Source: Octopus bimaculoides (lineage: Eukaryota). From it: a DNA stretch of 64,000 nucleotides. Shown in pieces: positions 12,285 to 24,355 of the stretch. The notes beneath the pieces were generated by a model. It saw only the letters and a list, made by a program, of their open reading frames with translations. It searched no databases and had not been told where the DNA came from. The position numbers and the translations under genes are program-made. The DNA lies in contig NC_068988.1 in assembly GCF_001194135.2 (NCBI RefSeq), positions 74,378,819-74,442,818 on the forward strand. Direction: 5' to 3'. The stretch's first letter is position 1. Each line of letters starts with the position of its first letter.

Positions 12285-13790
12285 TATTTAAATGATGCAA
12301 TGGTTTAAGCTAACATTTGGGCTGCTTGATTGGATGCTTAATGAGATCCAAGTCATTGATGTGAAAACCTGAAAGATACTAACAAGCATGCATAATTTCC
12401 ACATAAGCAGTGTTGTAGACTGCCTCTACCTAAAATGAAAACAAGGCAGCAGAGGCTTAACATTGATCCAAAATGCTTTTGAATGTCACATCATATCCCT
12501 TCAACAACATCTTTTAACCACCAAGTGTTGAAGTGCATCTCATGACCAAGTTTGCATACATGAGACTGATAACATAAGGCTTAGAAGGCAGTTCCTTGAG
12601 CAACACTCTTTGTCTGATAACCTAGAATACATACCGAAAGAAGTCACATGACTCTACCACAACATATCATTAGATGAATAGATGAGCCTGTATGAACAGA
12701 AGACTATATATGGATAAGTTAGTAGAAAGCTCCATGATGATAGTAACATTGATCATCAAAGTAGTTTATCATGGACGAATAGCCAGATTACTACCTCCCA
12801 CTTTGAAGGGTATGCATTTGCAATCCAGGAACAGGAAATATCAACCAGTTATCTGATGCACAAAAGGGATTAATATGCAGGAAAAGCAGTAAAATATGAC
12901 AACTGATGCAGACTTTGTAGAGTTCACACTGAAGATATCATCCACATCATAAGCAGTTGTCTGAAAATGTCATCACAGTATTTAGCTACTGATGAGACAT
13001 GATGTTGTAGCTAGGACATTCTGTAATGAAATCCATCAGAAGGACAACCCCAAAGACAAAGAAATAAAACCCCACAGTATGGTGGAAGCCATAGCCACTC
13101 ATAATAAAAACGAGTACTGGTAGAATGTTCCAGTGAAGACCCCCAATAAAATGTAAGCACAAAAGACCTGATATAATGATTTGGGATAGAGAGAGAGAAA
13201 CTATGCACAGTTGTGGAAATTAGCTGCCCAGCGGATGTTAACATAAAGCTGAAGATCAGTGAAAAAGAGAACGCCTACACCAAACTATCGAGAAATCTAC
13301 AGTTACTCTATCCAGATTACAAGTTCAGGTTTATATACCTACAATTATTGGGGCCCTGGGATATGTAACACACTGCTTAAATACCAATCTTGAGAAATTA
13401 GGCTTCTAAAAACCTGAAAGGAGAAAGCTAATTTGAAGACTACAGATCNNNNNNNNNNCAATCTTGAGAAATTAGGCTTCTAAAAACCTGAAAGGAGAAA
13501 GCTAATTTGAAGACTACAGATCCAATCCATCACTGGAACTGTAAAAATCTGTAAAAGTTTCCAGAAGCTTATCACTTAAATGTGTATGGGCATGTCTAGA
13601 TATGCAACTATATGCATGAGAATACATAAAACAAAACATACTAATCTGCACACATACATACATACATTACATACATACAAAAATACCCTGTTATTGATGT
13701 TGAAATTCCAATGAAGGAGCCCTGGATTTAGGTTAGAAACCAGCCCTTTCTCTATTGGCAAAAAATCTTGAAGTAAAACTGAACAATGAC
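12285..13790 (+). mobile_element. R4/Dong-like non-LTR element, 3' part (thumb, CCHC, restriction-like endonuclease, 3' UTR)
   Basis: NFHISSVVDCLYL..QGSRGL, AIQEQEI, CRLCRVHTEDIIHIISSC, KRPDIMIWD..VVEISCPAD, PTIIGALG; many stops. Confidence 0.8.
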
Positions 13791-13804
13791 ATACATATAT
13801 ATAT

Positions 13805-13960
13805 TCCCACATAATAGGCTCCTTTAAGTTTCTGTATACCAAATCCACTCACAAGGCTTTGCTCAACCCACTGCAATAATAGAAGACACTTGCTTAAGGT
13901 ACCACAAAGTGGGACTGAACCTAAAACCATGTTGTTGGGAAGCAAACTTACCACACAGCC
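13805..13960 (-). mobile_element. SINE family A, 5' half
   Basis: Reverse complement of the head at 28317-28470 and 54516-54660. Confidence 0.85.
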
Positions 13961-15479
13961 AAATAATTATGAAATAATATCAAAGCCAGTTTAGTTTCCA
14001 CCTCTGTTCATGAAGATGTGAGACAGAACAAGAGCAAAATCTACTTAAACTGATAGTATAATCATTGATAGGGGTTAATCTAGGGATCAACAACTTAATC
14101 TACAAGAGAGAGGGGGCAAGAATTGACGTGAGACGTCTGGTTTAATGCTGATTAAGCTGGAATAAGATAAAATTGTATTATCTTTAATTAGCCAGCAGCT
14201 TTATGGGTTTTGGAAGATTAATGCATCACTACAGTAAGAGCAACAACCACATCATCAACAACAACAACAACAGCAGCAGCAGCAGTAACAACAGCTGCAG
14301 CAACAACAACAGCAACAGTAGCAGCCATCTAAGAAGAGATCTAAGACAGACATCTTTGTGTGTTTGGTGTTAATAACTTCTTAAATGAAAGGTAGAGTTT
14401 AACATTACATATGACACAGAACAGTTTATGGCAGAAATAGTAAAGCACCACACAAAATGCAGAATCTAAAGATGTGTAACACCAAAAATACTTTGTGGTA
14501 TTACACATCTTTAGATTCTGCATTCAAATCTCCCTGGCATTAATTCTATCTTCCATCCCTTTGAGATCTATAAAATAAGAATCACTCAAGTCTTGGGCTA
14601 GGGAACAAGTTAATCAGTGATACCCTTCTCCAACTTTGTAGTTAAAACTATGAACTCAGCGAATGAAACTGAAACAGCATTAAATTAAAGTAGCCATCTG
14701 TGTACGATACTTAACATATATACACTGTTTTCCTTCAATGACAAGCTATGTTAAAAATACAATATATATTTGAGTGAAGGAAACCAAAATGCATCTGACA
14801 TGCCCAGGAGTTGTTACTGGGTCAATGTTTGTCTTACTCTATGTATTGAGTTGTTGATACAGCTTGTCTAGGAAGAGATTTTCTCTCAGGCAAAAACCAC
14901 AGTAGTGCATATACATTAAGTATGATATATAGAGGGCATTTAAAATTATGAATCATATTCATTATATTGTATAGAATCAAAGTCAGTTTATTTTTCTTTG
15001 TGTTTTTCTCTAAAAATATATACTATATTGTTGTTTGTCTAGAAATTATTCTTAGTTACCTTTCATTCTTGTAAATAGAGACTGTCTAGTCTTTCATAAG
15101 GCATTATTATTGGTCAGACTTTTGTGGTGAACATCATATAGTGCTAAACTGCCTGGAAGTGAAACTTCTGAGGTGGTTTCAATTTGTGACAGAAGGTATT
15201 TCACTTCAATTTCATCACTTAATACCTCTCAGCAATGTGTGATCATCACGATACATCATTATAAATGTAGAGAAATGTTGCTAGCTTCGTTACTTCCTTG
15301 TCCTCAATCAATTCTTGTGAAGACTAACTTAACTTTTCCTTTTCGTTCTTAATACGAGTAATAGATTGCGGTTGATTTAAGCAACCATCTCCTCATTCCT
15401 TAAGAAAATTACTTTGCACTAGAAATGATATTAATTTATTTCATAGGCATAACATTTCAACTTTTGGAAAGGGAGATAG

Positions 15480-15700
15480 TTGAGGTCATTTGATATCCCC
15501 ACTCCAGATCATGACTGGTTCACTTTCAGGCCTCTCCATTCCAGGCTTTGTTGCCAAACCTGGAGTTTCTTCCCTAAATCAACAACAGATTCTGCAACAA
15601 GAAGTAGATTATCAGCATATTGGAGGCTCCATGGACAGCAGGTTTTTAACTTCTCTGATATGGCCTGTTGGCATACATTTTTGTGTGGAAACATACATAC
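15480..15700 (-). mobile_element. RTE RT fragment
   Basis: CPWSLQYADNLLLVAES..LQVWQQSLEWRGLKVN (ORF 15509-15694). Confidence 0.85.
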
Positions 15701-15889
15701 ATCAAAAGCCTTAACTGAATCATATATTATATACCTGCATACCTACCTACATACTCACATACATGCATACATGCATGCATACATATATACATTCATACAT
15801 GCAAGCATACATATGTACATACATGCATACATACACACATGCACACACACATGTACACACACACATGCACACACATGCACATACATATA

Positions 15890-16055
15890 TTATCATCGTT
15901 ATCTTCATCATTTAAGTCCATGCTTTATACTGGCATGGATTGTATGATTTATAGGATCTGAGTGATTCAAGGACTGCATTTTACTTCAGTGTCTGCTTTG
16001 GCATGGTTTCTATGGCTGGATGCCCTTCCTAATACCAACCACTTTACAGTACAAA
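15890..16055 (-). mobile_element. RTE-tail short retroposon
   Basis: tttctatggctggatgcccttcctaataccaaccac motif shared with the other RTE-tail copies. Confidence 0.75.
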
Positions 16056-16103
16056 CTGCAAGACTAAGATCCTCTTTTGATTGTGTATGTGTGTGTGTGT
16101 GTG

Positions 16104-16170
<67 letters not shown>

Positions 16171-17334
16171 GTATGTATGTATATACATATATACATATGT
16201 ATGTATATCATTCAACTATAATAGTAGTTGAATAATATTAAGACCACAATTTACTCACATGCAGCATCTTTCAGAGCTTGTTGCTAATTCAGTTCTTAAC
16301 CAAATTGAAAACTGTTAACATTTTTGAAGAAGACTGGTCCCTAGCTACATTTTGGCATAAAAAAATTGAGATCTGGTCCAGTAGAAACAAGTTTACATCA
16401 AAATTTGTAGCAACATTATAGGAGAGTAAGTAACGCCTCCAATCAAGTTTAGATCTAAATAACTTTTTTTGTTCTAAAAGCAAAATATATTTATCTTAGC
16501 TTCAGTGACAGAAGAAAGCATGAGGAATTTCGGAGTTTTGGTCCCATACAACTAAAATTTGTATCAAAAATGTTGTGAGGTAAAATATCTTGGAAAAAAT
16601 ATAAGTAAGGTAAAAAATTGGATTTAAGTATAATTAACTTTTTTATTTTAAAAACAAACAACATTTTAATTAAGCTTAAACGATAGAACTCAATTCGGGG
16701 AATTTCATGGTATCAATCTCATACAATGAAGTTTTAAAAGAAAAAAGTTATGAGTGTTTGTTTCTCAAATTTGAGGGTGATAATATAGTTCTACACTTTT
16801 TTATGAATATAGTTCTATAAGAGGACTTTTAATATATGTCACTGGCATCATTGAGATAAGGAAAAAGTTATCAACGACACCGCTAATTTTCAGTTAGTTT
16901 AATTACATCATCTGTATTAATTAATGCAATTATGATGTAAACACAGTCCAATAATATCTGAGATGAGAAACAGAATCATAGTAGTTTACATTGATGGGAA
17001 TTTCTCAGTTTTTAAAACTTCTCAAAGAATCATTCACCTACGGTAATAGTTGAATAATATTCTTAAGGCCGCAATTTACTAACACGCAGTATCTTTCAGA
17101 GCTTTGCTGCTAATTAAGTTCTTAACCAAATTGAAAACTGTTAACATTTTTGAAGAGGACTGGTCTCTGTAAGTAATGCCTCCAGTCAAGTTTAGATCTA
17201 AATAACTTTTTTATTGTAAAAGTAAAATATAATTATCTTAGCTTAAATGATAGAAGAAAGAGAAGGTAAAATCTTAAATTATTAATTGACACATTAATTA
17301 GCATAATAACATAGCCTGGAAAAAGCATGGATTA

Positions 17335-18947
17335 CATGGTAAAATGCGAGCAAGAGAAATAATATTCTTAAGAGTATGAACCTGGAAAAGTACAGCCAAA
17401 GTTATTACACTTGGAAAAGTTCAGGACAAGTTATTACATCTGGTAAAGTACAGAACAAGAAGATTTTTACTTAAAATATTGCAGCTAAGAATAAAATTTG
17501 AATATTAAAAGTTATTTGATTTTAATCTATTAAGTAACATTATAATTAAAAAAGGTACCATCATTTTGTTAAAATATTAGGCCTCACCGAGGCAATGACT
17601 TGTGACTGAGACCTTTGGAAATATGTTGCGCATGAGAAGACCTGGCAAGCCAAGTGAGACCATAATCCGAGGCCTCTGCCAGGGGTGTAGCCAGCCCACT
17701 TATGCGTACCTTTCTTTCATTGGACACTAAACTTTGCTTGCGAAGACCTGTCGAGGCAAGTGAAATCGAAATCGAACCAAATTCAACGACTGGCACCCAT
17801 GCCAACCTCTCCTTCATTGGACACTAAACTCGGCTTGTGAAGATCTGTTGGGGCCAGTGAAATCGAAATTGTGATGGCACCTGTACCAGTGGAGCACTAA
17901 GAGCACTGTCCGAGCGTGATCATTGCCAGAGCAGCTGTCTGGCTTCCATGCCAGTGGCACGTAAATAGCACCAGTTGAGCGTGATTGTTACCAGCGTCGC
18001 CTTACTGGCACTTGTGCCGGTGGCACATGAAAAATATTCGAGCGAGGTTGTTGCCAGTACCGCTGGACTGGCTCCTGTGCAGGTGGTACATAAAAAACAC
18101 CATTTTGAGCGAGGCCATTGCCAGTACCGCCTGACTGGCCTTCGTGCCGGTAGCACATAAAAGCACCCACTACACTCTTGGAGTGGTTGGTGTTAGGAAG
18201 GGCATCCAGCTGTAGAAACTCTGCCAAATCAGATTGAAGCCTGGTGTAGCCATCTGGTTCACCAGTCCTCAGTCAAATCGTGCAACCCATGCTAGCATGG
18301 AAGGCGGATGTTAAACGATGATGATGATGATTGACACACTAGAATACTTAAAAAATGAGAGCCAGAAGTACCATTGTAGCTAAAGTTTTATGCAAAGTAG
18401 AATAATATATATGGTAGGCAAATTCATTATGTAAAAAATGTGAAGACATGGCAGTAACTTAGACCAATAACTGAAGCAAATTTTACTGGGAATTTTCTGT
18501 TATAGGTAAATTTTACTGTAATATATAACTAATTCTTGTATTATTCTATTTATTGTACTAATTATGTACTACTATTATTTTTTTATAATCTATTTTCAAA
18601 TTTCTAATTATTAATTAATACTTTAAAAAATGAATTTTTTTGAAGTGCAAAAAATATGTTAAATGAGTTATTTTTAATTTTTAATAGAAGTAACAAGAAA
18701 TAATAAATAGAAGTAATAACTTGTAATACAATTTCTAGTTTTAATAAAAGCTAATATTTTCTAAATCTAAATGTTTTATTTGAAATTTTATCCTTAGCTG
18801 CAATATTTTAAGTAAAAATCTTCTTGTTCTGTACTTTACCAGATGTAATAACTTGTCCTGAACTTTTCCAAGTGTAATAACTTGTTCTGTACTTTTCCAG
18901 GTTTATAGTCTTAAGAATATTATTTCTCTTGCTCACATTTTTCCATG
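17335..18947. mobile_element. non-autonomous foldback-type DNA transposon with ~185-bp TIRs and TTA TSD
   Basis: 17335-17520 is the reverse complement of 18765-18947; TIRs carry ~28-bp internal subrepeats; flanks tta|catgg...ccatg|tta. Confidence 0.85.
17581..18331 (+). mobile_element. 5'-truncated RTE copy inserted in the foldback element
   Basis: LTEAMTCD.DLW.Y..EKTWQAK end of the RTE ORF, then tandem 3' UTR units and (GAT)n. Confidence 0.85.
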
Positions 18948-19014
18948 TTATATGTATGTATATACATATATATATATATATATGTATAAATATATGTATA
19001 TATATACTGACATA

Positions 19015-20035
19015 TATCAGGTAGTGGTGGCAAATGGAGCCCCCTCAAAGGAAACACAAATAGTAAGTGGTTCTTCAGAGCACTGTCTTATGCCCACTGT
19101 AATTCATAGTGGCCTTCTCAGAGATGCCCTCAGCTGCTCAGATAGCCACCCATGGAAATATTGCGCATCTAAAATGGGAGTGGGATGCAATATACAGGTA
19201 GGCTGAGGACAATAACATGCAGTTTAATGTTGGAAAATTCCAAGCCCTGTACTACCAGCACACAAAGCTGAAGGAAATGAAGACAGGATACACTGACCCA
19301 GTAGGGATTGCAATCCCTGAATCAAAATCAGTGCATGACATGCACATTGACATGAGTAATGATGCATCTTACCAGGTGCATATTACTAATTTGGCAATAA
19401 AATGCAGACGGCTGACTGGATGGATCCTCCAGACCTTCAGAAAGAGAGAACAGGAAACTGTGATGGTTCTTTTGCAGACATATGCTGCTTAGACTACTGC
19501 TCCCAACTATGATCACCACACTGTATAAAATTAACGGTGGAACTCAAAGCAATCCAGTGAAGCTTCACAAAGAAAATCATCTCAAAGCTTCACAAAAAAA
19601 ATCATCTCCCAGTATCAGCTACTGGGAGAAGCTGAAAAAATTAAGACTCTACCCCCTAGAACAAAGATGGGAAAGATATGCTGTGATATATACATCTGAA
19701 AGATTCTGGAAGGACTTGTACCAAACTTCAGCAATGAAAGTTACACAAATAGCAGAACAGGGCGCTGCTGCATAGTGTCAAAGATTTCAGCATCACCATT
19801 GAAATACAGTTCCTTAATATCCTTCGAAAATACCCGAGAAACTTGCACAGTGTAGATGTAAGTGTCTTCAAAGCAAAATTCCTCCTGTCAAGGGTTCTGG
19901 ATGAGCCTACCTCACAACAGGAAACGCAGATGAGGGCAACAACATCAAACTCCCTCATTCACCAAATACTACATAGAGATTTCAAATAATGAAGGTGTAG
20001 CAATGCCAACAGTGGTTCTCCAGCATGAGCACAGC
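19015..20035 (+). mobile_element. CR1/L2-type LINE 3' fragment
   Basis: VVANG..SKETQIVSG, WAEDNNMQFNVGKFQAL, GWILQTFRKRE, LDYCSQL, SYWEKLKKLRLYPLEQRWERY. Confidence 0.85.
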
Positions 20036-20084
20036 TTTCAATCTGAAAATTGTTACAGTTAAAGGGAGTACATACGTACACACA

Positions 20085-20270
20085 CACACATCATCCTTTA
20101 ATGTCTATTGCTCATGCTGGCATGGGTTAGATGGTTTGACTGGAGCTGGCAAGCTGGAGAGCTACACCAGGTTCCAGTCTAATTTGGTCTGGTTTGGTTT
20201 CTATGGTTTGATGCCCTTCTTAATACCAACCACTTTACAGTGTGCTAGATGCTTTTAATGTGGTACTGCA
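20085..20270 (-). mobile_element. RTE-tail short retroposon
   Basis: catcctttaatgtc..catgctggcatgggttagatggtttgac matches the family 3' end. Confidence 0.8.
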
Positions 20271-20324
20271 TGAGCACATCTATGTTATGCCTAAATGTAA
20301 GAATGCACGTATGTTTGTATGCAT

Positions 20325-20480
20325 CTTTTATCTTTTACTTGTTTCAATCATTAGACTGTGGCCATCCTGGGTCACTGCCTTGAGGATTTTTTGGCAAACT
20401 AATTAATCCCAGGACTTATATTCCTTTTAAACCTGATACTCATTGTATTGATCTCTCCAGTTGTCAAGCAGTGGTGGGGG
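20325..20480 (-). mobile_element. SINE family A, 3' half
   Basis: tcttttacttgtttcaatcattagactgtggccat is the reverse complement of the family A tail. Confidence 0.8.
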
Positions 20481-20491
20481 AACACATACGT

Positions 20492-20562
<71 letters not shown>

Positions 20563-20969
20563 CACACAAACACACACACACACACACATTTTAAAGAATG
20601 TAGTTGTGTACAGCTGGAACAATGCAAGAAGGTACAAATTAAACTATAAAAGGAAAGTATTGTTCTGGCCTTACACAACTACTTTCTTTAAAGTTATACC
20701 TCACAATACTTCACCAAAACTACTTCATTTTATCCATATATATATACATATATATTATAATGGAGAAAGCCACTTATTAATTATGTTTACTCCCACCTCA
20801 ATCAAGTGAAGCTGAGTATGTATGTAAGAAAAAACATTTCTAACAGAAAAGTATGCTATTAAAATGATTTATCGTTTACGTAACTCGTTTTTTAAAATTA
20901 CAGTGGATACATGCCAGCAATGACCTTCTGAGTATTTTAAATTATAAACAGAAACAATTGTTTGTTGTT

Positions 20970-21015
20970 AACACAATGTTTCAGCTGATATACTCTCCAG
21001 CCTTCATCAGGTGTC
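20970..21015 (-). ncRNA. minimal (PLE-type) hammerhead ribozyme motif, one substitution in stem III
   Basis: Minus strand GACAC-CTGATGA-aGGCTG gagagtatat CAGCT-GAAA-C-A-T-T-GTGTT; stem I GACAC/GTGTT, stem II GGCTG/CAGCT; the ACGT palindrome of minimal stem III reads ACAT. Confidence 0.65.
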
Positions 21016-21815
21016 CTGGGGGAATTTCAAACCTGGGTTCTCATTCCTAAAGTATTTTTCCAATGTTATTATTATTATTATTATTATTATTCAGGTCACT
21101 GCCTGGAATCAAACAATCAAGATGAGGACAAATATCCATCAAATGTAAATAATGTAAATAATATTAACCATTTATTTAATTTTTTTACTGGAAAGGCTCC
21201 TCCCATGGTTTTGAAGTGCAAACAAAAAATTGGCCAAAATAGGCCTGGAGAGGGATGATGAGGGAGGGGAGGTTGTAAAAGAAAGATTTTCTAAATTTTT
21301 TTCATATAAAGATGTCCTCCACCCCCACACTATCATTTCAAAGGCAGTGGTTTAAAAAATATGGAGAAAATCCCCTTCAAAACAGAGTAGTTCTAACTTA
21401 TTTGGTCTTCCTGATCTGAAACTCTGTTTTACTGAAATTCCTCTCCCCACCCCCTTGGAAAAAATTTACCCCACGAATTTCTTTATAATTGTAATCTATG
21501 CCATTTGAAAGGTATTTGTATAAACTTTCATTAAAAGATACCTATTTTCCTGAAAGTTATGAGGGAAAAAATTCAGATTGTGTGAATTTTCTGAAACTCC
21601 TCTTCCCACCCCTTCGGAAAAATTCTTTCCCATAAATCACTACATACTCTGAAACCACAACATCTAAGTGGAATTTGTTGAAAATTTTGTTAAAAAAGTA
21701 TCCATTTTTCTGGATGTTACGAGGCAACAAATTTGGGGGTGTATACATCTGTAGTTATGCTCTTTTATTTATACAATTTTTCCATTTCATGTTTATTTCA
21801 TTCACTGTCTGCAAT

Positions 21816-21915
<100 letters not shown>

Positions 21916-22204
21916 AAGCTTACAGATGGGCTGCTGAATTGAAATCTCTCTGTTGCTTTGAGGGGAAGGAAAAACTGGACAAACTTCCCCCCTCTGTAGT
22001 TGCACTACCTTGATGTTTGTTTAAAAAAGAAAGATTATAACAGATAAAATAATGAAAGCAATATTTACTAAGCAAATGAGCCCTATTATACAAAGAAATA
22101 ATTAGATGTAAAATATCAAAAATTATTAGAATATGTGAAAATATTATCAAGTGGCTAGCAGAAAATCTCGCACCGGGCGGTCTTTTTGCTAGTAGATATA
22201 GCAG

Positions 22205-22350
22205 ACCTCTTCCAGTTTCTGTCTACCAAATCAACTCACAAGGCTTTGAATGGTCCAAGGATATAATAGAAGACACTTGCCCAAGATGCCATGCAATGGA
22301 AGTGAACCCAGAACCATGTGGTTGGGAAGCAAACCTCTTACCACACAACT
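22205..22350 (-). mobile_element. SINE family A, 5' half
   Basis: Reverse complement of the family A head. Confidence 0.8.
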
Positions 22351-22555
22351 GTGCCTCCTGACTGGAATACAATAAAAGAGACTTATGCATGTATGTGTGT
22401 ATGTATGCTTGTGTGTTGTATGTATGTGTGCATGGGAGATGCTGTGTAATAATTGAGTGATTCTCTTACTGTTGGACAATAAATATAAACTCCATGAACC
22501 ATTAACTTCCTTAAGGTACTTTTCCTTTCTTCTTTTATTTATTTCTTTATTTATT

Positions 22556-22680
22556 CAGATAAGGAAATAATTTATTGTCAAACACAGGATAATGCTAATA
22601 TAATAGCATGAACAGGATAAACTATCCATATATTGCAGAAAAATTTATCTGCATTTGAGAATAATTTATTTCCTTATCTG
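22556..22680. repeat. MITE-like inverted repeat (~35-bp arms)
   Basis: cagataaggaaataatttattgtcaaacacag versus ctgcatttgagaataatttatttccttatctg. Confidence 0.6.
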
Positions 22681-23025
22681 TATCTTTCAATACAGATAAA
22701 GCAAACTTTGTTTACTTTCATCCTAAGTTGAATTTGTTTATTTATGTTTGTCCACAGTTTTGCAGTAAAACATGAAATCCACCGATTTACTTCACCTAAT
22801 ACTTAAATATAAATATTTTCTTTATATTTGTTTTCCACGAAATGTCTTCAATGAACTGCTTTGTTAATTGATAATCAGCCATTATCGGTTTCCTTAGAAA
22901 CAACATTCACAAATGCTGGAAATAAAGAATCTAGATAAATACCTCTCACACATTGACTATTTTGTGGGACTGAAACATTATTCAGTATAATGAGCTTATT
23001 AATGATTCCTTTTACTGTCCTTCTT

Positions 23026-23128
<103 letters not shown>

Positions 23129-23139
23129 ATGCAAGCTAT

Positions 23140-24135
23140 AAACACACAAGTGGTGCAGTGTAATAATAGGAAGGTTATCAGAGAAGGTAGTGTTCATATG
23201 TGGAAGAAGCACAAATGCCATAAGAACTGCAGATACTCAGGAAATTGATTTTCTCAAATACCACGGAGGTCATTATAGGTAGTAGATAATTTTTGCTACC
23301 TAGAGGACCAAATTAGTAGTGAGGGAGGATGTAAAGCGGGTGTAATAGTTAGGATAAGAATAGGATGGAGAAAATTCAGAGAACTTTTACCTTTGTTGGC
23401 AACCAAAAGCTTCTCTCTCCAAGTGAAAGGAAGATTATATGATGCATGTATACAAACAGCAATTCTACATGAGAGTGAGACATGGACCCTGAATACAGAG
23501 GATATAAGAAGACTAGAGAGGAATGAAGCTAGTATGCTCTGCTGGACGTGTAATGTAAGTGTACATGTTCAATAGAGCGCTAGTGTACTGAAAGAGAAGT
23601 TAGGCATAAGAGGAATTAGATACAATGTGCAAATGAGAAGACTGCTTGTTTGGTCATGGGATGCAGATGAATGCCAACAGCTTCATAAATTTCCAATCTC
23701 TCAAATTAGATGGAACACGTGGAAGTGGGAGACCCAGGAAGATATGGGACAAAATACTGAAGGATGACCTCAGGATGCTGAACTTTTCAGGCGAGATGAC
23801 AAAGGACCAAGATACCTGGAACCTTGCTATACTCAAGAAGACCTACCCGGCACAGCAGAAGTATTAAGGTGGCTCCCCCTGGTGAAGAGAATTGGCTTGC
23901 AAGAGCACTGTACTGGTACTATGTAAAAGCACTCTTGTGGTGCCACATTAATAGTACCCAGTTCACATTGTAAAGTGTTTGGCATTTGGAAGAGCATCCA
24001 TCTGTAGAAACATGCCAAATCAGACTGGAGACTGGTGCAGCTCTTCAGCTTGCCAGCTCTGGTCAAACCATCTAATCCATCTGAGCATCAAAAATGGACA
24101 TTAGATGATGATGATGATGATGATGATGGTGACGG

Positions 24136-24165
<30 letters not shown>
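23140..24165 (+). mobile_element. RTE 3' fragment with tail and long (GAT)n
   Basis: VVDNFCYL..ISSEGGC, RIGWRKFRELLPLLATK..VKGRLYDACIQTAILHESETW, GRPRKIWD. Confidence 0.88.
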
Positions 24166-24169
<4 letters not shown>

Positions 24170-24216
24170 ATATATATTGATATTGATGTATATATATATA
24201 TATATCTATATATATA

Positions 24217-24355
24217 TATAAATATAATTAAGGGATCAGTAATTATTTGCTTCACCATATACCGAAGTTCAGAAATAGCAGCTAAAAAAGCTGCCATTTC
24301 TGAACTTCGGTATATGGTGAAGCAAATATTTGCTGATCCCTTAATTATATTTATA
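24217..24355. repeat. near-perfect palindrome, 67-bp arms with a 5-nt loop
   Basis: Arms 24217-24283 and 24289-24355 pair with 3 non-Watson-Crick positions; both strands translate to near-identical peptides in the ORF track. Confidence 0.95.

Noticed and set aside
13385-13522. 64-bp exact duplication either side of a 10-N gap
   Set aside because: Identical overlap of contig ends; typical scaffolding artefact.
14250-14330. PolyQ-like CAA/CAG tract
   Set aside because: In-frame stops and no splice or coding context; simple repeat.
15060-15330. Minus-strand exon candidate ending GAAAG|GTAACT
   Set aside because: Reading frames are interrupted by stops; peptide not recognisable.
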